Shown piece by piece: positions 35,399 through 48,107 of a stretch of 64,000 nucleotides of DNA (position 1 is its first letter; each line of letters starts with the position of its first letter). The translations under genes were made by a program, and so were the position numbers. The notes below the pieces were generated by a model. The model saw only the letters and a program-made list of their open reading frames with translations, ran no database searches and had not been told where the DNA came from. Source of the DNA: Mustelus asterias (lineage: Eukaryota); contig NW_027590213.1 of assembly GCF_964213995.1 (NCBI RefSeq), positions 496,001 to 560,000 on the forward strand. Direction: 5' to 3'.

Positions 35399-35593
35399 AG
35401 GGTGGCACAGTGGTCAGCACTGCTGTCTCACAGCACCAGGGACCCGGGTTCGATTCCAGCTTTGGGTGACTGTCTGTGTGGAGTTTGCACGTTCTCTCTG
35501 TGACTGCATGAGTTTCCTTCAGGTGCTCCGGTTTCCTCCCACACCCCAAAGGTGTACAGGTTAGGTGGATTAGCTATGCTAAATTGCCCCTTA
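35399..35593 (+). mobile_element. HE1-like V-SINE 5' part
   Basis: GGTGGCACAGTGG..GGTTCGATTCC..GTGTGGAGTTTGCAC. Confidence 0.8.
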
Positions 35594-37051
35594 AATGCAG
35601 GAGGATACAGGTTACCTCAGGATTACAAGTTGTTTTGAGACTTGAGATTGAAAACGACATTTGGAGGTGAATTTTCCTGCATCCTTTGAGTTGGTGAAGG
35701 TTGTGGTTTGGCAGGTTCTGTCAGTTCTTGTCCAGTTGTAGATGTATAAAGTCCTTACCGTTCATTCCCTCCCTGTTTCATCTCTATCTTTCTCCTCCCA
35801 TTGAGGCTGAATTCTTGTGTCGATCTGGATGGGTGACAGGTTTCCTGCATTGAAGGACATTAACAAACCATTTGGGTTTTTAATCACAATCCAGCAGCTT
35901 CCGGAGTCACTTCTTCCTTGTGCCGGCTCCACAAATGAGCAGATTCATTCAGCTCAATTTCACAACCTGCCTTTGTGTTTATCACTGTTTTTTCCTCTTT
36001 AAATTGCAGCCTCGAGAAATCCGTGAGCCATGTACATATTCAGTGTGAGAGGTTGCAGCCCCTGAAGGAGCTGCTTCTCCACTTTTAGTTATACTTCTGT
36101 TCTGCCCCACGCTCCTGTTCGTTGGCTGCCCAGTGTGGAGGAGACTGGGGAGGTCAGAGGATCTTTTCCTGGACCTGTTCTTGGGGCTGGTTAAAACAGT
36201 AATTTGTAGTTCAGCAGAGGGTAACTTGGCTGTGGGCCCCTCTTCTGTGGTTTCACAGTAACTTCATTACAGTGTTACTGTCAGCCTTCCCTGTGACTAA
36301 TAAAAATAAACTTTAACTTTCTTGTCCGTGCTCGTGTGGTCCTGGAGAGGGAGCAGACAGTGTCGACTGGAACACTCGATATCTTCCACAACTCAGGGGA
36401 CAGAGTGTCTCACAAACACTGGAAACAAAGTTCTGGTTTAGTTCAGATGGAAGTTCGATTGGTTCACAAGATTTGGGGAAACAAGATTTGAAATAATATT
36501 CCGTGGAAACTAGAATTGTTTGTTGTGAATTTCTGTCCTGTGCTGGCAGCGATACTGACTCTGTCAATGTCTTTTACAAGGTCCACGAGGACGATGAATT
36601 GCAGATGGGAAACTGAAACCAAACATTACATCAAGATCTGACAGAGTCACTCAATTCATCAGAAACTGAATATCATCGACCTTTAAATGTGGAAGGAGAA
36701 ATGTTTGTCTGTTCTGGCGGTGGGGAACAATTTCAAACATGAGTGTGACTGGAAAAGCACCGAGACACAGACCTGAGTGAGAGTGAACTGACTGGAAAGA
36801 GCTTTGACCAGTTACACAGCCTGAAAAAAACATCACACCATTCACAGCAGAGAACAATAAGACCATGAGAACTAGGATCAGAATTAGGCCATTGGACTCA
36901 TCGAGTCTGCTCCTCCATTCAATGAGATCACGGCTGATATGATATGACAATCAAATTTTCTGCCTTGTCCCATAACCCTTAATAGCCTTACTTCGAAGCA
37001 ATACACATGTTGTGTGTGGACAAGGCTTGACCAGACAAGAACACCCGCACC

Positions 37052-38041
37052 ATGGAGAAACCATGGAAATGTGGGGACTGTGGGAAGGGATTCAGTTACC
37101 CATCGCTGCTGGAAATGCATCGGCGCAGTCACACTGGGGAGAGACCATTCACCTGCTCCATGTGCGGGAAAGGATTCATTCAGTCATCCCACCTGCTGAC
37201 CCACCAGCAAGTTCACATTGAAGAGAGGCTTTTTAACCATGCTGACGGTGATCCCAACTCTAAAAGCCCTGAGGACCTGGTCACGCACCAATCTATTCAC
37301 ACCGAGAAACAGTTCTGCTGCTCTTACTGTGGGAAGTTATTTAAGCGATCACAGAATCTCATTGAACACAAACGCACTCACACTGGGGAAAGGCCGTTCA
37401 CCTGCTCTGTGTGTGGGAAGGGATTTACACGATCATCCCACCTCGCTACACACCGACTGGTTCACACTGATAACAGACCTTTCAAATATTCCGAATGTGA
37501 GAAGAGTTATAAAACCACAAGTGATCTGCTGATACACTAGCGAGTTCACAACAAGGAGAGGCCATTCAGATGTACAGTGTGTGGGAAGGGATTCACTCTG
37601 TTATCCAGCCTCCAGAAACATCAGCGAGTTCACACTGGGGAGAGGTCATTCACTTGTTCCTTGTGTGGAAAAGGATTCATTTATTTAACCAGCCTCAGAT
37701 CACACCAACTTGTTCACTCAGATAAGAAACCTTTCAAATGTTCTGAATGTGAGAAGAGCTTTAAGGCCTCAAGTGTTCTGCTGAGACACCAGCAAGTTCA
37801 GACCAGGGAGAGACCGTTCACCTGCTCTGACTGTGGAAAGGGATTCACTCGCTCATCCAACCTGCGAACACACCAGCACATTCACACCGGGGAGAAACCG
37901 TTCACTTGCTCTGAGTGCGGGAAGGGATTTTCTCACTCATCCCACCTGCTGAGACACCAACACACTCACAATGGAGAGAGACCATTCACCTTCTCTGAGT
38001 GTGAGATGGGATTCACTCAGTCAACCCATCTTCTAAATTGA
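37052..38041 (+). pseudogene. C2H2 ZNF array with one in-frame stop (TAG 37538-37540) and several degenerate fingers
   Basis: ORFs 37052-37540 and 37577-38041 share a frame; acceptor near 36580; a CR1 tail is inserted at about 36852-36990 in the upstream decayed fingers. Confidence 0.75.
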
Positions 38042-38434
38042 CAAGTGTCTGCAGGGGTTGGATTCTGTTGTTATTGCGGCTGTTAATCACATCCAGGACT
38101 GAACCGTGTTCATTCTGACAGTTGGAGTTTGTTTTTGCTGATGTTAGTGATCGCTATAACTGGGCTTGAGTTTAATACTCTGGATAAATGTCAACTGAAC
38201 TAATATTGTTGAAGACACAAAGCCGGCATCTTCATTTCTCCAGGATAAGAACAGATTAATCAATGTCTTGTTGCATTTCTGTGGCCTTTTCTCCTTTCTA
38301 ACTCTATATTATTTCAGTTCTCAGACCTTCAGTTACTCTCCTAGAACATAAACATAGAACATTACAGCGCAGAACAGGCCCTTCGGCCCACGATGTTGCA
38401 CCGACCAGTTAAAAAAAAACTGTGACCCTCCAAC

Positions 38435-41254
38435 CTAAACCAATTTCTTTTCGTCCATGAACCTATCTACGGATCTCTTAAACGCCCCCAAACTAGGCGC
38501 ATTTACTACTGATGCTGGCAGGGCATTCCAATCCCTCACCACCCTCTGGGTAAAGAACCTACCCCTGACATCGGTTCTATAACTACCCCCCCTCAATTTA
38601 AAGCCATGCCCCCTCGTGCTGGATTTCTCCATCAGAGGAAAAAGGCTATCACTATCCACCCTATCTAAACCTCTAATCATCTTATATGTTTCAATAAGAT
38701 CCCCTCTTAGCCGCCGCCTTTCCAGCGAAAACAATCCCAAATCCCTCAGCCTCTCCTCATAGGATCTCCCCTCCATACCAGGCAACATCCTGGTAAACCT
38801 CCTCTGCACCCTCTCCAAAGCCTCCACATCCTTCCTGTAATGTGGGGACCAGAACTGCACACAGTACTCCAAGTGCGGCCGCACCAGAGTTGTGTACAGT
38901 TGCAACATAACGCTACGACTCCTAAATTCAATCCCCCTACCAATAAACGCCAAGACACCATATGCCTTCTTAACAACCTTATCTACTTGATTCCCAACTT
39001 TCAGGGATCTATGCACACATACACCTAGATCCCTCTGCTCCTCCACACTATTCAAAGTCCTCCCGTTAGCCCTATACTCAACACATCTGTTATTCCTACC
39101 AAAGTGAATTACCTCACACTTCTCCGCATTAAACTCCATCCGCCACCTCTCGGCCCAACTTTGCAACCTGTCTAAGTCTTCCTGCAAACTACGACACCCT
39201 TCCTCACTGTCTACCACACCACCGACTTTGGTGTCATCAGCAAATTTGCTAATCCACCCAACTATACCCTCATCCAGATCATTAATAAATATTACAAACA
39301 GCAGTGGCCCCAAAACAGATCCCTGAGGTACACCACTTGTAACCGCACTCCATGATGAATATTTACTATCAACCACCACCCTCTGTTTCCTATCCGCTAG
39401 CCAATTCCTGATCCAATTTCCTAGATCACCCCCAATCCCATACATCTGCATTTTCTGCAGAAGCCTACCATGGTGAACCTTATCAAACGCCTTACTAAAA
39501 TCCATATATACCACGTCCACTGCCTTGCCCCCATCCACCTCCTTGGTCACTTTCTCAAAAAACTCAATAAGGTTAGTAAGGCACGACCTACCTGCCACAA
39601 AACCATGCTGACTATCACCTATCAATTCATTACTCTCCAAATAACTATAAATCCTATCCCTTATAATTTTTTCCAACATCTTGCCGACAACAGAAGTGAG
39701 ACTCACCGGTCTATAATTCCCGGGGAAGTCTCTGTTCCCCTTCTTAAACAATGGGACAACATTCGCTAACCTCCAATCTTCTGGTACTATACCAGAGGCC
39801 AACGACGACCTGAAGATCAGAGCCAGAGGCTCTGCAATCACTTCTCTTGCCTCCCAGAGAATCCTTGGATAAATCCCATCCGGACCAGGGGATTTATCTA
39901 TTTTCAGACCCTCCAGAATATCCTGCACATCCTCCTTATCAACTGTAATACTGTCTATTCTACTCCCTTGCAACCCAGTGTCCTCCTCAGCTATATTCAT
40001 GTCCCCTTGCGTGAACACCGAAGAGAAATATTGGTTCAATGCTTCACCAATCTCCTCCGGTTCCACACATAACTTCCCTCTGCCATCTATAACTGGCCCT
40101 AAACTTGCCCTAACCAACCTTCTGTTCTTGACATACCTATAGAACGCCTTAGGATTCTCTTTAACCCTATCCGCCAAAGTCTTCTCATGTCCCCTTTTAG
40201 CCCTTCTAAGCTCGCTCTTCAACTCCCTCTTAGCCAATCTAAAGCTTTCTAGTGCACTACCCGAGTGCTCACGTCTCATCCGAACATAAGCCTCCTTTTT
40301 CTTTTTAACCAACAAAGAAACTTTTTTGGTGCACCACGGTTCCCTAGCCCTACCAATTCCTCCTTGCCTGACAGGGACATACCTATCACAGACTCGCAGT
40401 AGCTGCTCCTTGAAAAAACTCCACATGTCGGACGTTCCCAGTCCCTGTAATCTCCTAGTCCAACCTATGTTTCCTAATTCTCTCCTAATAGCCTCATAAT
40501 TACCCTTCCCCCAGCTAAAACCACTGGCCCGAGGTTCATGCCTATCCCTTTCCATCACTAAGGTGAACGTAACCGAATTGTGGTCACTATCACCAAAATG
40601 CACACCAACTTCCAAGTCTAGCACCTGGTCTGGCTCATTTCCCAGCACCAGATCCAATATAGCCTCACCTCTAGTTGGCCTGTCTACATACTGAGTCAAA
40701 AAACCTTCCTGCACGCTTTGAACAAAAACTGACCCCTCTAACGAGCTAGAGCTATAACAATTCCAGTCAATATTAGTCAAGTTAAAATCCCCCATAACAA
40801 TTGCCCTATTACTTTCACTCCTAAGCAGGATTGACTCCGCAATCCTTTCCTCAACCTCTCTAGAACTTTTAGGAGGTCTATAAAAGACTCCCAACAGGGT
40901 GACCTCTCCTCTCCTATTTCTAATCTCCGCCCATACTACCTCAACAGATAAGTCCTCATCAAACCTCCTCTCTGACACTGTGATACAATCTCTGACCAAT
41001 AATGCTACCCCTCCCCCTCTTCTACCTCCTTCCCTACTTCGACTAAAACATTTGAACCCCGGGACCTGCAGCATCCATTCCTGCCCCTGCTCTATCCATG
41101 TCTCTGAAATAGCCACAACATCGAAGTCCCAGGTACTGATCCACGCTGCAAGTTCACCCACTTTATTGCGAATACTCCTGGCATTGAAGTATACACATTT
41201 CAAACCCTGCTCCACCCCACCTCTGCAATGCCGTGCATTGCAGTCCCCATCCAT
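38435..41254 (-). CDS. CR1 ORF2: APE endonuclease + reverse transcriptase
   Basis: 939 aa; YFNARS, ISETW, GDFN, SDH (APE); NYRPVSLTS, PQGSVLGP, FADD (RT). Confidence 0.96.
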   Translation of the reverse strand: MDGDCNARHCRGGVEQGLKCVYFNARSIRNKVGELAAWISTWDFDVVAISETWIEQGQEWMLQVPGFKCFSRSREGGRRGGGVALLVRDCITVSERRFDEDLSVEVVWAEIRNRRGEVTLLGVFYRPPKSSREVEERIAESILLRSESNRAIVMGDFNLTNIDWNCYSSSSLEGSVFVQSVQEGFLTQYVDRPTRGEAILDLVLGNEPDQVLDLEVGVHFGDSDHNSVTFTLVMERDRHEPRASGFSWGKGNYEAIRRELGNIGWTRRLQGLGTSDMWSFFKEQLLRVCDRYVPVRQGGIGRAREPWCTKKVSLLVKKKKEAYVRMRREHSGSALESFRLAKRELKSELRRAKRGHEKTLADRVKENPKAFYRYVKNRRLVRASLGPVIDGRGKLCVEPEEIGEALNQYFSSVFTQGDMNIAEEDTGLQGSRIDSITVDKEDVQDILEGLKIDKSPGPDGIYPRILWEAREVIAEPLALIFRSSLASGIVPEDWRLANVVPLFKKGNRDFPGNYRPVSLTSVVGKMLEKIIRDRIYSYLESNELIGDSQHGFVAGRSCLTNLIEFFEKVTKEVDGGKAVDVVYMDFSKAFDKVHHGRLLQKMQMYGIGGDLGNWIRNWLADRKQRVVVDSKYSSWSAVTSGVPQGSVLGPLLFVIFINDLDEGIVGWISKFADDTKVGGVVDSEEGCRSLQEDLDRLQSWAERWRMEFNAEKCEVIHFGRNNRCVEYRANGRTLNSVEEQRDLGVCVHRSLKVGNQVDKVVKKAYGVLAFIGRGIEFRSRSVMLQLYTTLVRPHLEYCVQFWSPHYRKDVEALERVQRRFTRMLPGMEGRSYEERLRDLGLFSLERRRLRGDLIETYKMIRGLDRVDSDSLFPLMEKSSTRGHGFKLRGGSYRTDVRGRFFTQRVVRDWNALPASVVNAPSLGAFKRSVDRFMDEKKLV

Positions 41255-41305
41255 GCATCCCTCACTTTCAGCCCCACTACTCAGGATCCCTCCCCCCCCC
41301 CCGAA

Positions 41306-42235
41306 TCAGTTTAAACCTCCCTGCATGGCCTTAGCAAATTTACCCCCCAGGATATTGGTCCCCTTCTGATTAAGGTGTAGACCATCCTTCTCATAGAGGT
41401 CACACCTTCCCCAGTACGAGCCCCAATTGCTTAAGTACCTGAACCCCTCCCTCCTGCACCATCCCCTCAGCCATGAATTCAAACCTTCCCTCTCCCTATT
41501 CCTCTCTAAACTATCCCGTGGTACAGGCAAGAGTCCAGAGATAACCACTCTGTCAGTCTTGGCCTTTAGTTTCCACCCCAACTCCATAAATCCCTGCCTA
41601 ATATCCCCTTCCCCTATCCTCCCTATGTCGTGTGTCCCCACATGTACAATAACTTGTGGTTTATCTCCCTCCCCCCTAAGAGTCCTGAATACCCTGTCAG
41701 ACACATCCCGGACCCCAGCCCCTGGTAGGCAACACACCAACCCTGAGTCCCTACCTTTAGTTCCGACCCTCCTATCTGTCCCCTTAATTGTGGAGTCCCC
41801 AATCACAAGGCCCAGTCTTTTACAGCCCCTAACCACCTGAGCTTTCTCACTCGGCTCACCCCCAGAGATCTGCTCTCTATGCTCAGTTGATTCCTCCTCA
41901 ACTGTAGCCTCCAGCACCGAAAACCTATTATGGAGGGGAACCGCCCCAGGGGATTGTCTTCCCGCTTGCTTCTTACCCCTCCTCCTGGCATTGACCCAAG
42001 CCTCATTTCTAGGAGTTACTATTTCTCTATAACTCCTATCAACTTCCACCTCCGCCTCCCGAATTATGCGGAGTTCCTCTACCTCCCCCTCCAGCTCCTT
42101 TACACGCTCCTCCAGAAGCTGCAATCTAATGCACTTCTTACAACTAAAATCTCCTGAAACACTACTGGATTTCCTCACCACATACATCCCACAGGAGATG
42201 CAGCATACTGCCTGAACTGCCATCCCTGAAGCCAT
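41306..42235 (-). CDS. CR1 ORF1: N-terminal Cys motif/coiled coil + SGNH esterase-like domain
   Basis: MASGMAVQAVCCISCGM..CKKC, LLEERVKELEGEVEELR, VIGDS, HVGTHD, DGLHLN; start position approximate. Confidence 0.9.
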   Translation of the reverse strand: MASGMAVQAVCCISCGMYVVRKSSSVSGDFSCKKCIRLQLLEERVKELEGEVEELRIIREAEVEVDRSYREIVTPRNEAWVNARRRGKKQAGRQSPGAVPLHNRFSVLEATVEEESTEHREQISGGEPSEKAQVVRGCKRLGLVIGDSTIKGTDRRVGTKGRDSGLVCCLPGAGVRDVSDRVFRTLRGEGDKPQVIVHVGTHDIGRIGEGDIRQGFMELGWKLKAKTDRVVISGLLPVPRDSLERNREREGLNSWLRGWCRREGFRYLSNWGSYWGRCDLYEKDGLHLNQKGTNILGGKFAKAMQGGLN

Positions 42236-42731
42236 TACCAGCAAGAAAAAAAAGAAAACAAAAAACTTCCCCACACTTATAATTAGGTTAGAGGAGGATG
42301 GAAGGGCGGGATCCTCTACCAGTGTAGAGGATCGGGTATCTCCTCTGCACCAATTTATAGGGCTAGGGGCCCGAGAGAAAAAAAAAAAAACTACTACTGA
42401 GGGGGAACCACCCAGGTAACTGACTTTTAAAGTTAAAATAAAAACCCTTCCCAGACTCCTTTGCTGCCCACTTCTAGTTTTCACTTTAAACTTGAAAAAC
42501 TGCTGTTAAAGTAAAGGCCAAAAAAATACACACACTAGCTGACTAATTAAATAAATAAACAATTCAATTAATCCAATTAATCTCTTACCAGCACTGCTGC
42601 TTTTCAATCACCCCTCTCAGCTTGCTCCAGTGGATCAATGAGCTCCTGGGCAAGTCCCAGCTCCCCATACTTTCCAGAGCATCTTTCCTGGCATCGGAAT
42701 CCAGGGAAGGTATCAGTAACACATCCGCGAT

Positions 42732-43175
42732 AGAACATAGAACATAGAACAGTACAGCACAGAACAGGCCCTTCGGCCCACGATGTTGTGCCGAGCTTTA
42801 TCTGAAACCAAGATCAAGCTATCCCACTCCCTATCATCCTGGTGTGCTCCATGTGCCTATCCAATAACCGCTTAAATGTTTCTAAAGTGCCTGACTCCAC
42901 TATCACTGCAGGCAGTCCATTCCACACCCCAACCACTCTCTGCGTAAAGAACCTACCTCTGATATCCGTCCTGTATCTCCCACCACGAACCCTGTAGTTC
43001 TGCCCCCTTGTAATAGCTCCATCCACCCGAGGAAATAGTCTTTGAACGTTCACTCTATCTATCCCCTTCATCATTTTATACACCTCTATTAAGTCTCCCC
43101 TCAGCCTCCTCTGCTCCAGAGAGAACAGCCCTAGCTCCCTCAACCTTTCCTCATATGACCTACCCTCCAAACCAG
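42732..43175 (-). mobile_element. CR1 3' fragment, second subfamily
   Basis: ORF 42814-43170; (AGAACAT)n tail; GCGAT duplicated at 42727-42731 and 43176-43180. Confidence 0.9.
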
Positions 43176-43493
43176 GCGATCACAAAAGATAAATCACAGT
43201 TGTTTGCACTGATCCACTGTTGCCCCAATCATTGAGGATGGTGATATTTGTGGAGCTTTCTCTCTCTGTGATTTGTTTAATTGTCCCCCACCATTCACGA
43301 CTGGATGTGGGGGGACTGCAGCTTTGATCTGATCCGTTGTTTGTGGGATCGCTTGGCCCTGCCTGGAACATGCTGCTTCTGCTGTTTAGCATGTTTATAG
43401 TCTCATGTTACAGAGTAACCAGGTTGGAATCTCAGTTTTAGGGTGCCCAGTGCTGCTTCTGACTTGTTCTCCTACACTCCATGTTGAACTAGG

Positions 43494-43845
43494 GGAGGTG
43501 ATGACTGGTGGTATTATTGCTGAACTATTAATCCAGAAACTCAGCTAATGATTTGGGGACCGGGTTTCGAATCCTGCCACATCAGTTGGTGGAATTTGAA
43601 TTCAATAAAAAATCTGGAATTAAGAATTTATTGATGACCATAAAACCATTGTTGATTATCGTAAAAAACCCATCTGGTTCACTAATGCCCTTTAGGGAAG
43701 GAAATCTGCTCTCCTTACCCGGTCTGGCCTACATGTGACTCCCTCTGAAATGGCCTCGCAAGTCACTCAGTTCAAGGGCAACAAGGACTGGGCCATAAAT
43801 GCTGGCCATCCAGCAATGCCCATTTCCCACGAATGAATAAAAAAG
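43494..43845 (+). mobile_element. tRNA-derived SINE
   Basis: Same family as 26517-26908. Confidence 0.75.
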
Positions 43846-43934
43846 AATTTCAAGTTGAGGACTCCCAGGATGACTCACTTGCACTGTCCACCTCTGTGCT
43901 GCTCCCTCTACTCAGGTCTGAACTGCTGGTAGGA

Positions 43935-45085
43935 CAGCACATTTTGGCAGGAAGGATAAAAGGGAAGCAGATTATCTAAATGGTGAGAGATTGTAGAGCT
44001 CTGAGATGCAGAGGGATCTGGGTGTTCTAGAGATTGAATAAACTGGGATTGTTCTCCCTGGAAAGATGGAGGCTGAGGCACGACCTGATAGACGTTTATA
44101 AAATTATGAGGGGTGTGGATAGGGTGAACAGTTGGGAGCTTTTTCCCAGGGAAGAAATGACAATTACAAGGGGAACAAGTTCAAGATAAGGGGGAAAGGT
44201 TCAGTGGAGATGTTGGGGGAAGTCTTTTTACACAGAGGGTGGTGGAGGCCTGGAATGCACTGCCAAGTTAGGTGGTTGAGGCAGATACGTTAGCGACATT
44301 TAAGACTTATCTGGATAGACACATGAACAGACGGGGAATAGAGGGATATAAGTGGTTGGTCTCGATAGGACAATGTGATCAGCGTTGGCCGAAGGGCCTG
44401 TTCCTGTGCTGTTCTTTGTTTTTTGCATGAATCACAAAAAGCTAGTAAGCAGGTAAAGCAAGTAATTAGGAAAGTTATCATTTGTGAGGGGAATTGATTA
44501 CATAAATATGGAGGTTATGCTTCAGTTATCCAGAGCACCAGTGAGACCACATCTGGAGTACGGTGTACAGTATTGGTCATCTTGTTTAAGCAAGGATGTA
44601 AATACATTGGAAGCAGTCGATTGACCAGACTAATGCTGGAAATGTGTGGATTATGGGTAAAGCTTGGACAGGCTAGGTTTGTGTCTGCTGGAGTTTAGAA
44701 GAGTAAGATAAATTTGATCGAAACATAGAAGATCCTGAAGGTTCTTGACAGGTTGATGTGGAAAGGATGTTTCCTCTTCTGTGAGAATCTAGAGCTCGGG
44801 GTCCCTGTTTAAAAATAAGGGTTCACACATTTAAAACGGAGATGAAGTGAAATATTTTCTTTCAGAGGGTCGTGAACCTCTAGAACGCCTCTGAAAAGGC
44901 GGTGGAAGCAAAATCTTTGAAAATTTTTAAGGCAGATGTCGATAGATTCTTGGCAAGCAAGTGGGTGATAGATTACTGGGGGTAGGCAGGATGCAGATTT
45001 AAGGTTACTATCAGATCAGCCCTGATCTGATTAAATGGTGGAGCAGACTCAAGGGACCAAATAGCCGAATCCTGCTCCTTGTTCC
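43935..45085 (+). mobile_element. Nested decayed CR1 3' fragments
   Basis: A CR1 end at about 44030-44420 sits inside an older copy containing RPHLEYGVQYWS. Confidence 0.75.
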
Positions 45086-47245
45086 TGTGAGACATTGGCA
45101 GTAAGATATGATTCAAAGTATGACTGTGTCAGCCTGTTGCTTGACTGGACTGTTTGACTGTAGGAACGGTCATATTTAATAGTTTGTAGCTTAGTTATGT
45201 GTAATGATCAAGTAATTGAAGCTTATTAATCAATTAACCTGATATGATATTCTGCTTAATTATAATACATTCGTATCATGTAACTGGCTTTGTCTGTCGC
45301 TGCATCCTTATTTGACAAGTGAAATACATCACATGACCCGAGGTCGGTGTAAAGCTACACTTTTATACTTTAATTACAGAGTCCTGTGGATCCCATCAAA
45401 TCTGGATGAGCTGAGGTCTGGAACTGTTAACTCCTCAGCCATTGACAACAACAGTTATACTTGAATTAGAGGCCATATTGTGTGAAGAAACCAGCTGTGA
45501 AGTTTCAAACCTTCAGCATTGTGTCATAAATTAGTTTAATCTTTTAACTTGTAATATCTTAAAAGAAGCAATCACTTTCCTTCACACTATATAACTATCA
45601 TTGGTTTGAAAAATTAAAGGTTTCAGTTTAATTTTCATAGTGCAGTAGTTATTCTGACTCATTAGTTTTGAACATTTATCAATTGAATGTATCATACTGT
45701 ATTTGTGTTTCCTGCTATCTCACCTTTTACACACTGATTTGATGCCACTTTCTTTGGATTTCAGATCTGAAGTAACTTTGTAATTTATGTATTAGTTTAA
45801 GGCTGTGTGTCACTTTGTGTCCTTTTAATTAACTGTGTTCCAAGCTCTGGCAACCACTACAAAAACCAGCAAGCACTTTCTTTAACCAAAATATACTGAT
45901 AGTCACCTGCCCCAATGAGAACTCTACAGGATTTCTACACATCAATGAGACATTTGAGACAATGAACCCAAATGTTAACCATTAGGATCTGACACCATAA
46001 ACTTGCTTTTCTCAATTAAGTGACAAAGAAGATGTCTTTAGGCCTCCATTATCTCAGTACAAAGCCATAAAATTTAATGAAATCACAGAAAAGGCATGTG
46101 GGGCAAACTCTGAAAGTAACTGACACATTAGAGGGCCAGTCAGGAGATTGCAGGAAATGGTCAGTAGATGACCATCACCATTAAGAAACCAATCAGAAAC
46201 TGATTACACACTACCTAAATCAATCAGGGACTGATCATGGTGAACCAGAGTTCAGGAACACCATTGATCGTGTACAGGAGCTGTGTCTAGAAAGGGTTAA
46301 TAACCATCAGCTTGCAGCTGCCCAGTTCACAGCTCAGAGAAGCTGAGCAGGAAGAAGATAGACGACGTCAACAGAACAAGAAACAGCACCTCAGTCGGCT
46401 GGAAGTTGTGAGCCAGCGTTACAAAGTGAACTGACTGCTTCCACTGCCTTTGTTAAGTTTTGCATTTTGTACTTATGTGATTAACTTAGTAAATTCTGTA
46501 AAGCTTGTAACAAGATTTGCACCCAGTATGGTCCTGTAGCTAGTTGTAAATGAAAGTCCCTTTTAGATCAGCTCTCCCAACTAAACCCAACAATTGTAAT
46601 TGACTTTAAGTCTTACATTTAAGTTGAGGTGAACCCACATCTTTCAGAAAATCTCTGCCAACTTTGGCACAAGCCCCCAGCTGTTAGCCAGGAATTCTTT
46701 GCAGGATTAACTTGGGAACAGTGTGTGTTTATCATTTCTGGAACCTAGGTCAATGCGGGGGGGGGGGGGTCAGTCTGGTTTTATCATTGACTCTTCTGTA
46801 GCAATTTGACACAACTGAATAGCTTGCTCAGGATAGAGAGCTCTGAATCTAGGATATTACCTCTGTTCTGCAGAACAAGTAACTATACTCCGTCTATTAT
46901 TGCAGTGCTGTAATAAAGTCAGTTAAAGACAATCTGGTGTTGGGAGTTTGATTATCTGATGTATGAAACCACAAGATTCAATATTTAGAGTCAACAAGAT
47001 GAACAAGGAAACACATCAGGGCCCAAAACTCCAGCTGGATATTCACAGGAGAAAGTCTGTTACCCAACATCTTGAGTGGACAGAACAGAGAAAGGTCCCA
47101 ACTGTAAGAAACCCTCCAAACATTTGTAAATATATTTCAAATGTTGACAGGTCCCAACTCCCAGTTTCCATTCAATTGAAATCAATGAAAGATCTGAGAC
47201 AGACAGTTGGGTTGAAAGCAGTGCAGGGCCCACATGGACTGAGAA

Positions 47246-47347
47246 ACCAAATCCAGGGACCACTTCCACCAAGACACCAAATCCAGGGACCACTTACACC
47301 AAGACACCAAATCCAGGGACCACTTACACCAAGACACCAAATCCAGG
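47246..47347 (+). repeat. 30-bp tandem repeat, about 3.4 copies
   Basis: ACCAAATCCAGGGACCACTTACACCAAGAC repeated. Confidence 0.95.
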
Positions 47348-48107
47348 CAGCATTTGCACTTTGGAGTTGATTTATCAGGTAGAAGTTGTTTGCAATAAAT
47401 CCCCAATTTTAAATTAAATCTACAAGATTTAACTATCTGGCCAGAATGAAAATTCTAATTGGTAAATTCAGAAGATTTATTAACCATTAAAAGGTAGAAA
47501 GGTAACAAGTTAGAAAGATAAAAAGCAAAGTTTGAATCAACAGTGATTGACAGGAGGAGGAGAAAGCTCATCTTTAACAATGAAACAGACTTCTCACAAC
47601 TTTCCTCGGTTGATCAGGCCAAAGACGTGAAATGATCATCAGACATGGTGGATAACATGTTAACAGAATGGCGACTCAAAACCTTTATTTTTATCCCTTC
47701 AACTCACATTTGCTTAACTCAAATTAGCCACAGTATTGAACGATAATTGATTAACTTAATTGTCTGATTGGCCCCTGACACCTACTGGCATCTCCTGATG
47801 TCTGAGTACAAAGGTCTACTGAATAAATGAGACATCCTGAGTAAGGTCCCATTCATTCCCAACTTAACGTAACTTGTCAAAGCCATAAATGTTTTGTGAG
47901 CTCTACCTTATCTTTCTAGATTGGCTGGAAAACATAATTTGACAGTTCTCATGATTTATGAGCAGTGTACTTAAAATCATATTATTTATTATAATAAAAC
48001 ATTACAGACTTTGTGTTACAGGTTATATTACCAGTCTGACAAGTACAACTATTAAGTGCTGATTCTTCAATTGTCTCAGAATGAAGGTTCTTCACTTCAC
48101 TAATATG

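Larger units (their letters stand above)
38343..42628 (-). mobile_element. Apparently full-length CR1-clade (HER1-like) LINE
   Basis: Uninterrupted ORF1 and ORF2, (TTCTATG)-type 3' tail at 38343-38362; 5' end estimated near 42628. Confidence 0.93.

Noticed and set aside
37538-37540. Programmed read-through of the in-frame TAG
   Set aside because: A simple CAG->TAG change in an array that already has several broken fingers; decay is the simpler explanation.
42236-42484. N-terminal extension of CR1 ORF1
   Set aside because: Translates poly(T) tracts of the 5'UTR; the plausible start is MASGMAVQ.
45090-48080. Possible gene or ERV in the AT-rich ZNF-free interval, including ORF 46963-47370
   Set aside because: Only vague solo-LTR-like texture, and the ORF is inflated by a 30-bp repeat; no supportable boundaries or domains.
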